32,824 nucleotides of DNA. Source: Octopus bimaculoides. Its lineage: Eukaryota. Numbering within the stretch: position 1 is the stretch's first letter; each line of letters opens with the position of its first letter. Below, in pieces: positions 12,595 through 23,893 of the stretch. The DNA is taken from positions 19,893,005-19,925,828 of the forward strand of contig NC_068991.1 of NCBI RefSeq assembly GCF_001194135.2, given 5' to 3'. The notes under the pieces are model-generated. The model made no database searches, was not told where the DNA came from, and saw only the letters and a list, made by a program, of their open reading frames with translations. The position numbers were made by a program, and so were the translations under genes.

Positions 12595-12921
12595 TAAGGC
12601 ACCTACTATGATAGGAATTGTTTCTGTTTTTAGATTCCACATTCGAGTTATCTCTATTTCCAGGTCTTTGTATTTTGAAAGTTTTTCCATTTCTTTTAGA
12701 GAAACGTTGTCATCTGCTGGTATTGAAACATCAATTAGAAGGCATTTTTTTCCTTCATGATCTTTGACAACTATATCTGGTCTATTTGCCTTAATTTCTC
12801 TATCTGTGTGTATTGGCATATCCCAGAGTATGGTTGCTTTCTCGTTTTCTGTGACCTTTTCTGGCGTGTGTTTATACCATCTTTTTTCTGTTGCTATTCC
12901 ATAATGTTGGCATAGCTTCCA
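12595..12921 (-). mobile_element. 3' region of an R4/Dong-type (RLE) non-LTR retrotransposon, copy 2 (distinct subfamily)
   Basis: Uninterrupted frame WKLCQHYGIATEKRWYKHTPEKVTENEKATILWDMPIHTDREIKANRPDIVVKDHEGKKCLLIDVSIPADDNVSLKEMEKLSKYKDLEIEITRMWNLKTETIPIIVGAL. The 5' end abuts (AAT)n and the 3' end runs into the gap. Confidence 0.92.
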
Positions 12922-12962
<41 letters not shown>

Positions 12963-13019
12963 GTTGTTGTTGTTATTGTTTTTTTCCTTCTTTCTTCAAA
13001 TTTTCTTCACTGGCTTTGA

Positions 13020-13272
13020 ATGCGCACCGATTACCAAACGGTGTTGGGTTTACTAGTCCCCGAGTAAAAAGATTATGTGTAAGGGAGGTAAGTAGTTCTG
13101 GATGTAGTGCAGTTAGGGCAGATATAATACTGTAATATGAACGGTGTATGGGATGTATGGAGGTTAGTGGTATTATTGGTAAGGTTAGTAGTGTTCTGTA
13201 TTATGTTATGTGTTCATGTTGTGGATGTTGTGGATGAAATTTATTGATGAGAAGCTCATTGTATGCATTCCT
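13020..13272 (-). mobile_element. 5'-truncated second copy of the PLE 3' end
   Basis: Reverse complement of 13092-13250 aligns with 6875-7028 (INKFHP...CACTACTAACCTTA...CTGCCCTAACTGCACTACATCCAGAACTAC), roughly 85% identical. The extent below 13092 is inferred. Confidence 0.88.
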
Positions 13273-13288
13273 ATTACTATTATTATTA

Positions 13289-13380
<92 letters not shown>

Positions 13381-13384
13381 GTTG

Positions 13385-13458
<74 letters not shown>

Positions 13459-13513
13459 GTTGTTGTTGTTATTATTATTATTATTATTATTGTTATTATT
13501 GTTATTATTATTA
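13273..13513. repeat. (TTA)n with TTG variants, about 240 bp
   Basis: Direct inspection. Confidence 0.97.
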
Positions 13514-13544
13514 AGGTGATAAAATCTTACATTTTCCCCAATTC

Positions 13545-13757
13545 GGCGGCGAGCTGGCAGAATCGTTAGCACCTCAGGAAAAATGCTTAGCGACATTTCG
13601 TCCAGCCTTACCTTCTAAGTTCACATTTTGCCGTGGCCAATTTTGCCTTTCATCATTTTCGGATCGATAAAATAGGCACCACTCAAGCAAAAGGGTTGAT
13701 GAACTCCACTTATCCTCTCCCACCAAATTTCAGGCCTTGTACCTATAGTAGAAAAGA
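13545..13757 (+). mobile_element. tRNA-derived SINE, group C
   Basis: Head GGCGGCGAGCTGGCAGAATCGTTAGCAC and central TTTGCCTTTCATCATTTTCGGATCGATAAAATA. Related copies at 22556, 22763 and 23688. (TTA)n tracts on both sides. Confidence 0.8.
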
Positions 13758-13766
13758 TTATTATTA

Positions 13767-13809
<43 letters not shown>

Positions 13810-13959
13810 GGTAAAATAATGATACTAATGACTGTAATATTACTAGTAATGGCGAACTCAGAGAAGCACGTTTTTACACATCTATAAATATTTCGTTTAA
13901 GATTCTGATTGGAGAATAAAATATTATAAATTGGTATAATTTTTAGTAACCTCCTTACA

Positions 13960-14488
13960 TGTGCATGCATACACATATGTCTGTGCGTATGCACGTGTAT
14001 GTGTGCTGCGTTCTTATGCTTCTGTTATTTGGATATGCATGCGAGTGTGCGATGCGACTGTATTTTTGTATGCGTGTATCTATGTATATATATGCTTATA
14101 TATGTAAAAAGTTATATACATATAAACATATATATATGTATATATGTATGTATATATATATATATATATATATATNNNNNNNNNNNNNNNNNNNNNNNNN
14201 NNNNNNNNNNNNNNNNNNNNNNNNNNNNNNNNNNNNNNNNNNNNNNNNNNNNNNNNNNNNNNNNNNNNNNNNNNNNNNNNNNNNNNNNNNNNNNNNNNNN
14301 NNNNNNNNNNNNNNNNNNNNNNNNNNNNNNNNNNNNNNNNNNNNNNNNNNNNNNNNNNNNNNNNNNNNNNNNNNNNNNNNNNNNNNNNNNNNNNNNNNNN
14401 NNNNNNNNNNNNNNNNNNNNNNNNNNNNNNNNNNNNNNNNNNNNNNNNNNNNNNNNNNNNNNNNNNNNNNNNNNNNNNNNNNNNNNNN

Positions 14489-14523
<35 letters not shown>

Positions 14524-14740
14524 TGAGAGAGAGAGATAGAGAGACAGAGGGACAGACAAACGGAGACAGCGGCTGAAAGAGAGGGGGAGAGAGAGGTAGG
14601 GAGAGATAGACAGAAAGAGAATGAGAGAGAAGAGAGAGAATTCAATGCGGCGCAACAGATATAAAACGAAAGGGGAGAATGCGTGACGTAGAGCGACTTG
14701 CATGTGTGCGTGTGTGTGTTTTTTATGTGCATGTTTGTGT

Positions 14741-14823
<83 letters not shown>

Positions 14824-15412
14824 GCGAAAAGGAGAGAGAAGAAGAGTAAAGTGTACAGTGACAAATATTGGAAGAGACATAAAAAATCTTGTAATGAAAT
14901 ATTAACAGATCATCAATGATATTTTTTCTATTTATTTCTGTCTGTGTATGTATGTATGTATGTATGTATGTATGTATGTATGTATGTATGTATGTATAAA
15001 CGTATGTACGTATGTATGTACGTATGTATGCGTGTATATGTGTGTGAGTTGGGATGCAGAACACTGTATGCATACGAGGATAATTTTTATGTGTATGTGT
15101 GTGTGTGTATATTTGCATGTGTAGGGGTGCGCGCTTTCGTGTTTAAGTGAGACGCTTGTGTGCTTTGATGTATAACACACTCTATTTCTAAATGTGCACA
15201 TGCATGTGTGTGAGTGTGTGTGCTTGTATGTGTTTGTGTAACTGGACGGAGATGCAACATGTGCATAAGCATATATGAGGGCATGCTTTCGTGAGATTAG
15301 TCTCACACACACACACACACACACACACAAATATAGATAATCAGATAGATAGTTTTTCAGATATCTTAATATATCTCGGTGTATCTATCTCTCTCTCTTT
15401 CTCTCTATCTCC

Positions 15413-15443
<31 letters not shown>

Positions 15444-15466
15444 TCTCTCTCAATCTCTCTCTCCCC

Positions 15467-15513
<47 letters not shown>

Positions 15514-16136
15514 CCTATCTGTATGTATGTGTGTATGTATGAAAATATGTATATACGTACGCATGTCTGTATAACAAGATAAAACATCTTACGCGCATTT
15601 CATTAACTATGTAAAATATCAATTATATAGAGAAAAGCTGATAAGCCAAATGCACTGTCAAATCTTCAGACATTGCGTCATTTTCATCAGTATCTTTTGT
15701 ATCTATACAGAGCTACTGACAGTGTTATAGTATCGCCTACTACAATGACTGTGTTAAAGTGATTTAATGAATTAGCCTTTATAATTACTGGAGGGAATGA
15801 ATATGTCTCATCGTAGAAGTTAGAAAAGTGTTTCGGTTTTCAGAAACAGATATTTGTAACAGAGCCTGTATAGATGCATATATACATATATATGTGTATG
15901 TGCATGTATATACATATATGTATATATTAATGTGTATATATACCTGCAAATGCATATATATATATAATATATTCATATCTATCAGCCTATGTGTATATAT
16001 GTATATATGTATTTATGTATGTATTTATATATACATAGATACATTCATACGCACGTTTTTAAGAGTTATGCACAATAACCGTAATACAATTCTAACATGG
16101 TCAGTCGACATTTTAGTCAATATATTCATACGCGCG

Positions 16137-16170
<34 letters not shown>
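13960..16170. repeat. Dense TA, GA, TG, TATG and TCTA microsatellite region spanning a gap
   Basis: Direct inspection. Confidence 0.85.
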
Positions 16171-16176
<6 letters not shown>

Positions 16177-16194
16177 TTAATGAGACATCCATTT

Positions 16195-17050
16195 GATAAT
16201 TATCTTGTGTGATCACTCTCTGGCATACTTCAATTCTCATAACATATTTTGGTGTAAGAGGAAATCACAATGAGCAGCAGTATTCAAGGTAAGACCAGGC
16301 AAGCGCAGAAAAGAGAAGGGTGACTTTTTTCAGGAACTCTTGACTGAAAAGTTCTAAGAATCCAGAAGCACATTCTACAGACCCTATCGACCTTATTGTT
16401 GAATGTGCACTTCATCTTACGTTTTCCTTCCTAAATCTCTCATATTGTTTGATGCTACAAAAGTTCTCATGGGGAAAGATAATACAGATGTTTCTTCTTT
16501 TCGAAAGTGGATGAACTCAAATTTTACTTCGTTGAACAGCATATATTTTTTTATTCTTTTGTTCCTTTTTTTTCCCCCCGCTCAACAAATCAGAGCTTGA
16601 GTCAGACATTGCAATTCTTCTTCATCATATATTCTCTTGATGAGTTTCTGAAGCTTTGTATCATCTGAAAAGATGTTTATTTTACTGTGTTTGATGGAAT
16701 TTGCAATGTCATTTCTTTAAATAACAAACACAAGTTGACCCAGCAAAGAAACCTGGGAGACACCACTAATGTCTTTTGCTGGTCTTTTGCTGGGGGCAAT
16801 TCTACCTGGGGCAACCAAGGAACCCTACACATCCTGGTGCCCCCGATCTCTAACGGCATCACGGGCAGGCTCCCCTTTTCACTCTATCCCATCCGGATGA
16901 CAGGCACATGTTTAGAGTAGGCTCATTCACACGGGCCATCCTCGTCACATTTATCCACCTTTCTGCAAAAAATCTCCATTCTCACTTTCCTTTCTATTGA
17001 AAAGAAATTTTAAAACAATCGATGAGAGCTTGGTCGAGGTGGAAAGTATC
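16195..17050 (-). mobile_element. Decayed CR1/L2-group LINE RT fragment with an internal interruption of about 190 bp
   Basis: Minus strand reads KFLFNRKESENG ... SGVSQVSLLGQLVFVI*RNDIANSIKHSKINIFSDDTKL ... MLFNEVKFEFIHF ... NMRDLG ... MCFWILRTFQSR ... YLEYCCSL* ... IEVCQRVIT. This is collinear with GVPQGSVLGP / FADDTKL / DLG / LEYC..W of CR1/L2 ORF2. Confidence 0.85.
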
Positions 17051-17398
17051 NNNNNNNNNNNNNNNNNNNNNNNNNNNNNNNNNNNNNNNNNNNNNNNNNN
17101 NNNNNNNNNNNNNNNNNNNNNNNNNNNNNNNNNNNNNNNNNNNNNNNNNNNNNNNNNNNNNNNNNNNNNNNNNNNNNNNNNNNNNNNNNNNNNNNNNNNN
17201 NNNNNNNNNNNNNNNNNNNNNNNNNNNNNNNNNNNNNNNNNNNNNNNNNNNNNNNNNNNNNNNNNNNNNNNNNNNNNNNNNNNNNNNNNNNNNNNNNNNN
17301 NNNNNNNNNNNNNNNNNNNNNNNNNNNNNNNNNNNNNNNNNNNNNNNNNNNNNNNNNNNNNNNNNNNNNNNNNNNNNNNNNNNNNNNNNNNNNNNNNN

Positions 17399-17720
17399 CT
17401 GCTCGTGAAATTAACGTGCAAGTGACTGAGCACTCCACAGGCACGTGTACCCTTAACGTAGTTCTCGGGGATATTCAGCGTGACACAGTGTGACAAGGCT
17501 GACCCTTTGAATTACAGGCACAACAGAAACAGGAAGTAAGAGTGACAGAAAGTTGTGGCGAAAGAGTACAGCAGGGTTTGCCACCATCCCCTGCCGGAGC
17601 CTCGTGAAGCTTTATGTGGTTTCGCTCAATAAACACTCACAACGCCCGGTCTGGGAATCGAAACCACGATCCTATGACCGCCAATCCGTTGCCCTAACCA
17701 CTGGGCCATTGCGCCTCCAC
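17399..17720 (-). mobile_element. SINE group A; 3' tail lost in the gap
   Basis: Aligns with 23993-24315 from GTGGAGGCGCAATGGCCCAGTGGTTAGGGC onward. Confidence 0.95.
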
Positions 17721-18065
17721 TCACAAGTCAGTAATACCTGAACATTAGATGAATGCATGCAGAACGGTTTCATCGCTCTTCGTGCATCTTAGACAGGACC
17801 GTCTAACAGCACCTCCGGGCCTGTAGAGCTTGTCCCGAACCTACAGGGTCCCGGTTGCATTACCAGTCCCAGGATTATTGGATATTATCGAAAGACTCCA
17901 GTCCTAAAGTTCTCTAGAAAAGCCAACTAATTGATCTCCCCCGACATCCAGAGTCTCCTTCCAAGGACGTTGTCGGTATTGCTCGCCACGGATCCCCTAC
18001 AGAATACCAATGTGGAATTTCCACCGACCACATTGTCCGACTGGCAGAGGGCTGTGAGTGATAAT
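17721..18065 (-). mobile_element. Decayed Tx1/L1-group LINE ORF2 C-terminal fragment (CCHC knuckle)
   Basis: Minus strand reads ...FDNIQ*SWDW*C...VRDKLYRPGGAVRRSCLRCTKSDETVLHAFI*CSGITDL*, fitting the C-x2-C-x4-ET..H...C motif of APE-type LINE ORF2 C-termini. Confidence 0.72.
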
Positions 18066-18459
18066 AATAAAAGCTTTTTTGTTTGGCACAGAAGCGATAT
18101 ATCACAAATAACAAATATACTACAACACACAAAGTTAAATGATATTGTAGTAACAGCCAGAAAGTGGACGAGAACAATAAGAACAAGATGGCGAGGAGAA
18201 AAATACAACAGCAACTTCATCATCATTACCATTATCGTCGTCGTCGTCGTCAAACACCACAACAGCGCAAAGAAGTCTGCGACAGAATGGAAATGACATT
18301 TCGTGTGTAAGAATATTTGTCTAGAGCAAAGATAATAGCCTCACGTTTGGTGAGCAAATTGGAGAATAAACAGATCAGACGCACAAAACAGACGAGGGAC
18401 ATGAGAAGCAAATAAATATATAAATAGATCGATGGATAAAAATATATTTTGACAGATAG

Positions 18460-19041
18460 GAAGATTGAGAAAGTGGATAGACAGACAGATAGACAGTTAG
18501 ATAGNNNNNNNNNNNNNNNNNNNNNNNNNNNNNNNNNNNNNNNNNNNNNNNNNNNNNNNNNNNNNNNNNNNNNNNNNNNNNNNNNNNNNNNNNNNNNNNN
18601 NNNNNNNNNNNNNNNNNNNNNNNNNNNNNNNNNNNNNNNNNNNNNNNNNNNNNNNNNNNNNNNNNNNNNNNNNNNNNNNNNNNNNNNNNNNNNNNNNNNN
18701 NNNNNNNNNNNNNNNNNNNNNNNNNNNNNNNNNNNNNNNNNNNNNNNNNNNNNNNNNNNNNNNNNNNNNNNNNNNNNNNNNNNNNNNNNNNNNNNNNNNN
18801 NNNNNNNNNNNNNNNNNNNNNNNNNNNNNNNNNNNNNNNNNNNNNNNNNNNNNNNNNNNNNNNNNNNNNNNNNNNNNNNNNNNNNNNNNNNNNNNNNNNN
18901 NNNNNNNNNNNNNNNNNNNNNNNNNNNNNNNNNNNNNNNGCAGACAGACAGACAGACAAATAGACAGACAAATAGACAGACAGACAGACAGACAGACAGA
19001 TACACAGACAGACAGACAGACAGACAGATACACAGACAGAC

Positions 19042-19096
<55 letters not shown>

Positions 19097-19100
19097 CAGA
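18460..19100. repeat. (GACA)n/(GATA)n tetranucleotide array spanning a gap
   Basis: Direct inspection. Confidence 0.92.
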
Positions 19101-19199
19101 TTGAGAATGGTGAGAAAGCGGAGAATGATGGAAAAAATAGATACTTGTGCGGCTGATAGATAGATCGATAAAAAAGAAAGGAAAGAAAGCAAGACCTAA

Positions 19200-20071
19200 A
19201 TAAATAATAATAAAAAATCAAGAAAGACCTTAGTGATAAATAGAAGGGAATCTCGAAAGCATGTAAACAAACAAGCGAGAGCAAACAAATGAAAAAACAT
19301 TAAGATATTAAGAATGAAAGATTGTAAACAAAATTAACGAGAAATGAAGCAAAAATCGACTAAAAATACAATATAAATAAATCTTAAAAGTAAAATGTAA
19401 AGAACAAATAAATATATAAAGAAGGGGAAAAGATAAAAGAAAAATAAAGAAATGTAATGTAAAAGGAATAAAAATGAAAGAAAATGAAAGTGAAAATAAG
19501 TAAAAGATAAGGGAGTCGCGTGAAGTGAAGAAAATAGATGAAAATGTATATAAAAATTGAGGATGGGGAGGAGGAGGGAGAGGGGAGGGAGAAAGAGACC
19601 GTGAGAAGGATAGACTGATAGAGACAGAGGGATAGAGAGAGACACAAGAGGGGAAAAGAGAAAAGGGGGAGAGATGGGAAGGGAGAGAGAGATGGGAAGA
19701 GAGAGAGAGGAAAGAGGGGAGAGAGGGTGAGAGATAAAGAGAAAGAGACAGTAAGACTGACAGACAGATAGAGACAGAGAGACAGAGATTGGTAAGGGAA
19801 AGAGAGAAAAGGAGAAAAGGGGAGAGGGGAAGAGAGGAAGAGAGAGAGAGAACGGGAGCGAGAGAGAACGGGAGGGAGAGAGAGAGAACGGGAGGGAGAG
19901 AGAACGGGAGGGAGAGAGAGAGAACGGGAGGGAGAGAGAGAGGACGGAGGGGGAGAGATGGTTCGGGAGAAGGAGAGGGGAGAGAGAGAGAAAGAGAGGG
20001 AGAGAGAGAAAGAGAGGGAGAGAGAGAAAGAGAGGGAGAGAGAAAGAGAAACAAACAGACTGGCAGACAAG

Positions 20072-20119
<48 letters not shown>

Positions 20120-20880
20120 TGGACAGAGACAGAGAGAAATGCAGAGAGANNNNNNNNNNNNNNNNNNNNNNNNNNNNNNNNNNNNNNNNNNNNNNNNNNN
20201 NNNNNNNNNNNNNNNNNNNNNNNNNNNNNNNNNNNNNNNNNNNNNNNNNNNNNNNNNNNNNNNNNNNNNNNNNNNNNNNNNNNNNNNNNNNNNNNNNNNN
20301 NNNNNNNNNNNNNNNNNNNNNNNNNNNNNNNNNNNNNNNNNNNNNNNNNNNNNNNNNNNNNNNNNNNNNNNNNNNNNNNNNNNNNNNNNNNNNNNNNNNN
20401 NNNNNNNNNNNNNNNNNNNNNNNNNNNNNNNNNNNNNNNNNNNNNNNNNNNNNNNNNNNNNNNNNNNNNNNNNNNNNNNACGCAGAGAAAGGGGCAGAGA
20501 GAGGCAGAAAGAAAAGGAGAGGACAAGGTAGAGAAAGAGAGGTAGAGAGACAGAGAGAGGTAGAGAGAGAGAGACGTAGAGAGAGAGACGTAGAGAGAGA
20601 TAGACGTAGAGAGAGAGAGACGTAGAGAGAGAGAGAGACGTAGAGAGAGAGAGAGACGTAGAGAGAGAGGCACAGAGAGAACCAAAGAAAGAGGTAGAGA
20701 GGCACAGAGAGTGAGAGAGAAAGTGAGGGAAGACTAGGTGGCGAGAGAGAGATAATGAAAGGAATAGAGAGGGGGTAAGAGACAGAGATAAATGGAGAAG
20801 GAAAGAGATAACGATTAGTAATGAGAGGAAGAGGGAGATAGAGAGCGTGAGAGAGAGATAGAGAGAGAGAGAAGGCGAAG
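19200..20880. repeat. Polypurine low-complexity tract with GA-based sub-repeats (GAGAGAGAACGGGAGG; GAGAGAGACGTA)
   Basis: Direct inspection. The plus strand is overwhelmingly A/G. Confidence 0.9.
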
Positions 20881-20953
20881 ATGTATATGCACTTTGTATG
20901 TGTATATAAACACACATATACACATTTACGCACGCACTCATATACATATATAT

Positions 20954-20996
<43 letters not shown>

Positions 20997-22555
20997 NNNN
21001 NNNNNNNNNNNNNNNNNNNNNNNNNNNNNNNNNNNNNNNNNNNNNNNNNNNNNNNNNNNNNNNNNNNNNNNNNNNNNNNNNNNNNNNNNNNNNNNNNNNN
21101 NNNNNNNNNNNNNNNNNNNNNNNNNNNNNNNNNNNNNNNNNNNNNNNNNNNNNNNNNNNNNNNNNNNNNNNNNNNNNNNNNNNNNNNNNNNNNNNNNNNN
21201 NNNNNNNNNNNNNNNNNNNNNNNNNNNNNNNNNNNNNNNNNNNNNNNNNNNNNNNNNNNNNNNNNNNNNNNNNNNNNNNNNNNNNNNNNNNNNNNNNNNN
21301 NNNNNNNNNNNNNNNNNNNNNNNNNNNNNNNNNNNNNNNNNNNNNNNNNNNNNNNNNNNNNNNNNNNNNNNNNNNNNNNNNNNNNNNNNNNNNNNNNNNN
21401 NNNNNNNNNNNNNNNNNNNNNNNNNNNNNNNNNNNNNNNNNNNNNNNNNNNNNNNNNNNNNNNNNNNNNNNNNNNNNNNNNNNNNNNNNNNNNNNNNNNN
21501 NNNNNNNNNNNNNNNNNNNNNNNNNNNNNNNNNNNNNNNNNNNNNNNNNNNNNNNNNNNNNNNNNNNNNNNNNNNNNNNNNNNNNNNNNNNNNNNNNNNN
21601 NNNNNNNNNNNNNNNNNNNNNNNNNNNNNNNNNNNNNNNNNNNNNNNNNNNNNNNNNNNNNNNNNNNNNNNNNNNNNNNNNNNNNNNNNNNNNNNNNNNN
21701 NNNNNNNNNNNNNNNNNNNNNNNNNNNNNNNNNNNNNNNNNNNNNNNNNNNNNNNNNNNNNNNNNNNNNNNNNNNNNNNNNNNNNNNNNNNNNNNNNNNN
21801 NNNNNNNNNNNNNNNNNNNNNNNNNNNNNNNNNNNNNNNNNNNNNNNNNNNNNNNNNNNNNNNCAACGATGTGTTTAGGATTTGAAATATTTGGTGGAGT
21901 TTTAAAAACAAAAATAACTAACAACAAAGCTAATTTAAATACATGCTGTCCCTCTAACGGTCACAAGGGAGATAATCATTTCGTTTATAATACGAAGTAG
22001 GATCAAAAATTTTAAACTGAAATTACGAAAATATATGCATGGCGTTTATCTATTTGATTCTTACATTGTATAAAAAGATTTCTTTCTTCTTGTCTTTGGC
22101 CAGTAAATATTATTTCCTATTTGCTACTATCTAGAAATCAAAGGAAATGACTATTATTCCCTTCAAACTTTGCTTTTGTGACCTGGACATCAATGTTTTG
22201 AAACTAACCTCTTTTCCATCACATTTCAGACAGATTTAGCACTGAGTTGCTGAAGCAGGAACATCATTGGAGGAAATATTTTGCTCAGTACCATAGATTT
22301 GCTTGTCAGTTGCTTGACCATAATCACTTGAACAAGTCCCTTAGTGGCTGACAATATGTTCATCTCTGATCATGTGCAGGAGTAGTGGGGGAGCATCACA
22401 GCCATATATTGAGGGAGATTTTTGGGGGCTTGAATAGATGTAACAAAAGCAAAGTTGGAAGGAAATATTATCCCTTTTTCATACTTTCTAGGGGTAAGCA
22501 AATAAACAATAACGGTTACTACCCAAGGACAAAAATCATCTTATACAGTGTTATT

Positions 22556-22757
22556 CGAACTGACAGAATCGTTAACATGTCGGACAAAATGCTGCCAAGC
22601 ATTTTGTCTATGTTCTGAGTTCAAATTTCCGCCTAGGTCACCTTTGCCTTTCATCCTTCCGCGGTCGACGAAATAAATAACATTCAAGTGCTATGATTGA
22701 TGTAATCGATTAACCCCTCTCACAAAATTTCGGCCCTATGTCTATTGCTGAACGAAT
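22556..22757 (+). mobile_element. SINE group C, diverged
   Basis: CTGACAGAATCGTTAACATG...GTTCTGAGTTCAAATTTCCGCC...CTTTGCCTTTCATCCTTCCGCGGTCGACGAAATA matches 13545-13757. Confidence 0.78.
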
Positions 22758-22762
22758 CTTTA

Positions 22763-22835
22763 AAAGCGGGTGGCTGGCAGAATCTTTACCACGCCGGAGC
22801 AAAATGCTTAACAGCATTTATTCCGGCTTTCAACA
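22763..22835 (+). mobile_element. SINE group C, head only
   Basis: GCTGGCAGAATCTTTACCACGCCGGAGCAAAATGCTTA resembles the group C head. Confidence 0.65.
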
Positions 22836-23073
22836 CTTTAGTCGAAACATTTCTTTTTTCTGTTTTTAAACCTGTTAGCAATCCATAGAGCGAAATCTAA
22901 GCACATTTATTTTATAGTGTTTAAGAGGACAAATTTGTTAATATGCAAACGCTTTAGTTTTTCCTCGTATTTAACATTACGATAGCCATATGTCGAGCTT
23001 GACAAATATGATAAAGGTAACGTGCAGTGCGAAAGATTCTGTCAGATCGCCGCTTTGCATCTTACATTATAAT

Positions 23074-23138
23074 GATTGAATCTGGAACCATGCGGTTGTG
23101 AAGCAAACTTCTTACCAAACAGCTACGCCTGCGCCTAT
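23074..23138 (-). mobile_element. tRNA-like SINE head, group D fragment
   Basis: Minus strand ATAGGCGCAGGCGTAGCTGTTTGGTAAGAAGTTTGCTTCACAACCGCATGGTTCCAGATTCAA has A-box/B-box spacing. There is no second copy in the window. Confidence 0.5.
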
Positions 23139-23341
23139 GTAGTTTAAATATATTCTTAATAATATTCTTAATAATTCGTCCACGTAGAACAGCGAGGGTC
23201 CATACAATAACGTATCTAATTTCTCAATACGTTCTGGCAGAGTAGAACGTGACATGCTGATCACTACTGTCTCTCATCATTAAAGAATATCCCTCTTTAG
23301 ACAATGTGTGTTCACAACACACGCGATTCACTGATGTGGGG

Positions 23342-23396
23342 AGGTTTGAAACATTTTGACGTTTCAACCTCATTGTGAGTCTCCTCAGTCAAAGCT
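23342..23396 (-). ncRNA. Type I hammerhead ribozyme motif
   Basis: Minus strand: AGC-TTTGA [stem I] CTGAGGA [core] GACTC-ACAAT-GAGGTT [stem II, imperfect] GAA ACG-TCAAAA-TGT [stem III] T [H17, triplet GUU] TCAAA-CCT [stem I']. Confidence 0.62.
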
Positions 23397-23687
23397 GCCG
23401 ATGAATCTGACAAGAGTGCAAGCTCTTGTTTATAGAAATCAGCAAACCAATTATAAGTATTTAACGATGCAATATGATGTCTGCCAAACAGAAAATAATT
23501 CATATGATACATGCGGCACACCGAGAAAATAAAAGACGTATTTATTCATACAATAACGTATCTATTCATTCTCAATACGTTCTCGATTCGAACAGCAACA
23601 TTTAATCACTGTTTTTTTTTTTNNNNNNNNNNNNNNNNNGGGGGGGGGGGGTCATCACTGGAGAATAACTCCTCCTTTTAGATGATA

Positions 23688-23820
23688 AGGTAATAGTTTG
23701 AGCGCCGGAAAAATATTTTGCGCTCTTTTATCCAACTCTTTACGTCCTGCGCTGGGGTCAACTTTGCCTTTTATCATTTTATGGCCGATAAAAAATATAC
23801 CCACCAAGTACAGGGGTCTC
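23688..23820 (+). mobile_element. SINE group C, strongly diverged fragment
   Basis: GGGGTCAACTTTGCCTTTTATCATTTTATGGCCGATAAAAAATA matches the group C central motif. Confidence 0.55.
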
Positions 23821-23893
23821 TCTATTTGCTGGTCTTGGACCTGAATCAGAAACAGTTACTGCCATTGTAGATGTTGTTATTTTTATCGTTGAT

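Noticed and set aside
13514-13810. Idea that SINE C is mobilised by the TAA-targeting RLE LINE
   Set aside because: SINE C has (TTA)n on its sense strand whereas the RLE copies have (AAT)n, and no shared 3' tail is visible.
15640-15735. Minus-strand CTGATGA and CTGAAGA inside a CACTGTCA/TGACAGTG inverted repeat
   Set aside because: No GAAA-stem III-NUH in correct register, and stem I does not adjoin the core.
23312-23521. 69-aa minus-strand ORF overlapping the hammerhead, possibly a PLE endonuclease C-terminus
   Set aside because: No recognisable GIY-YIG residues, and too short to support.
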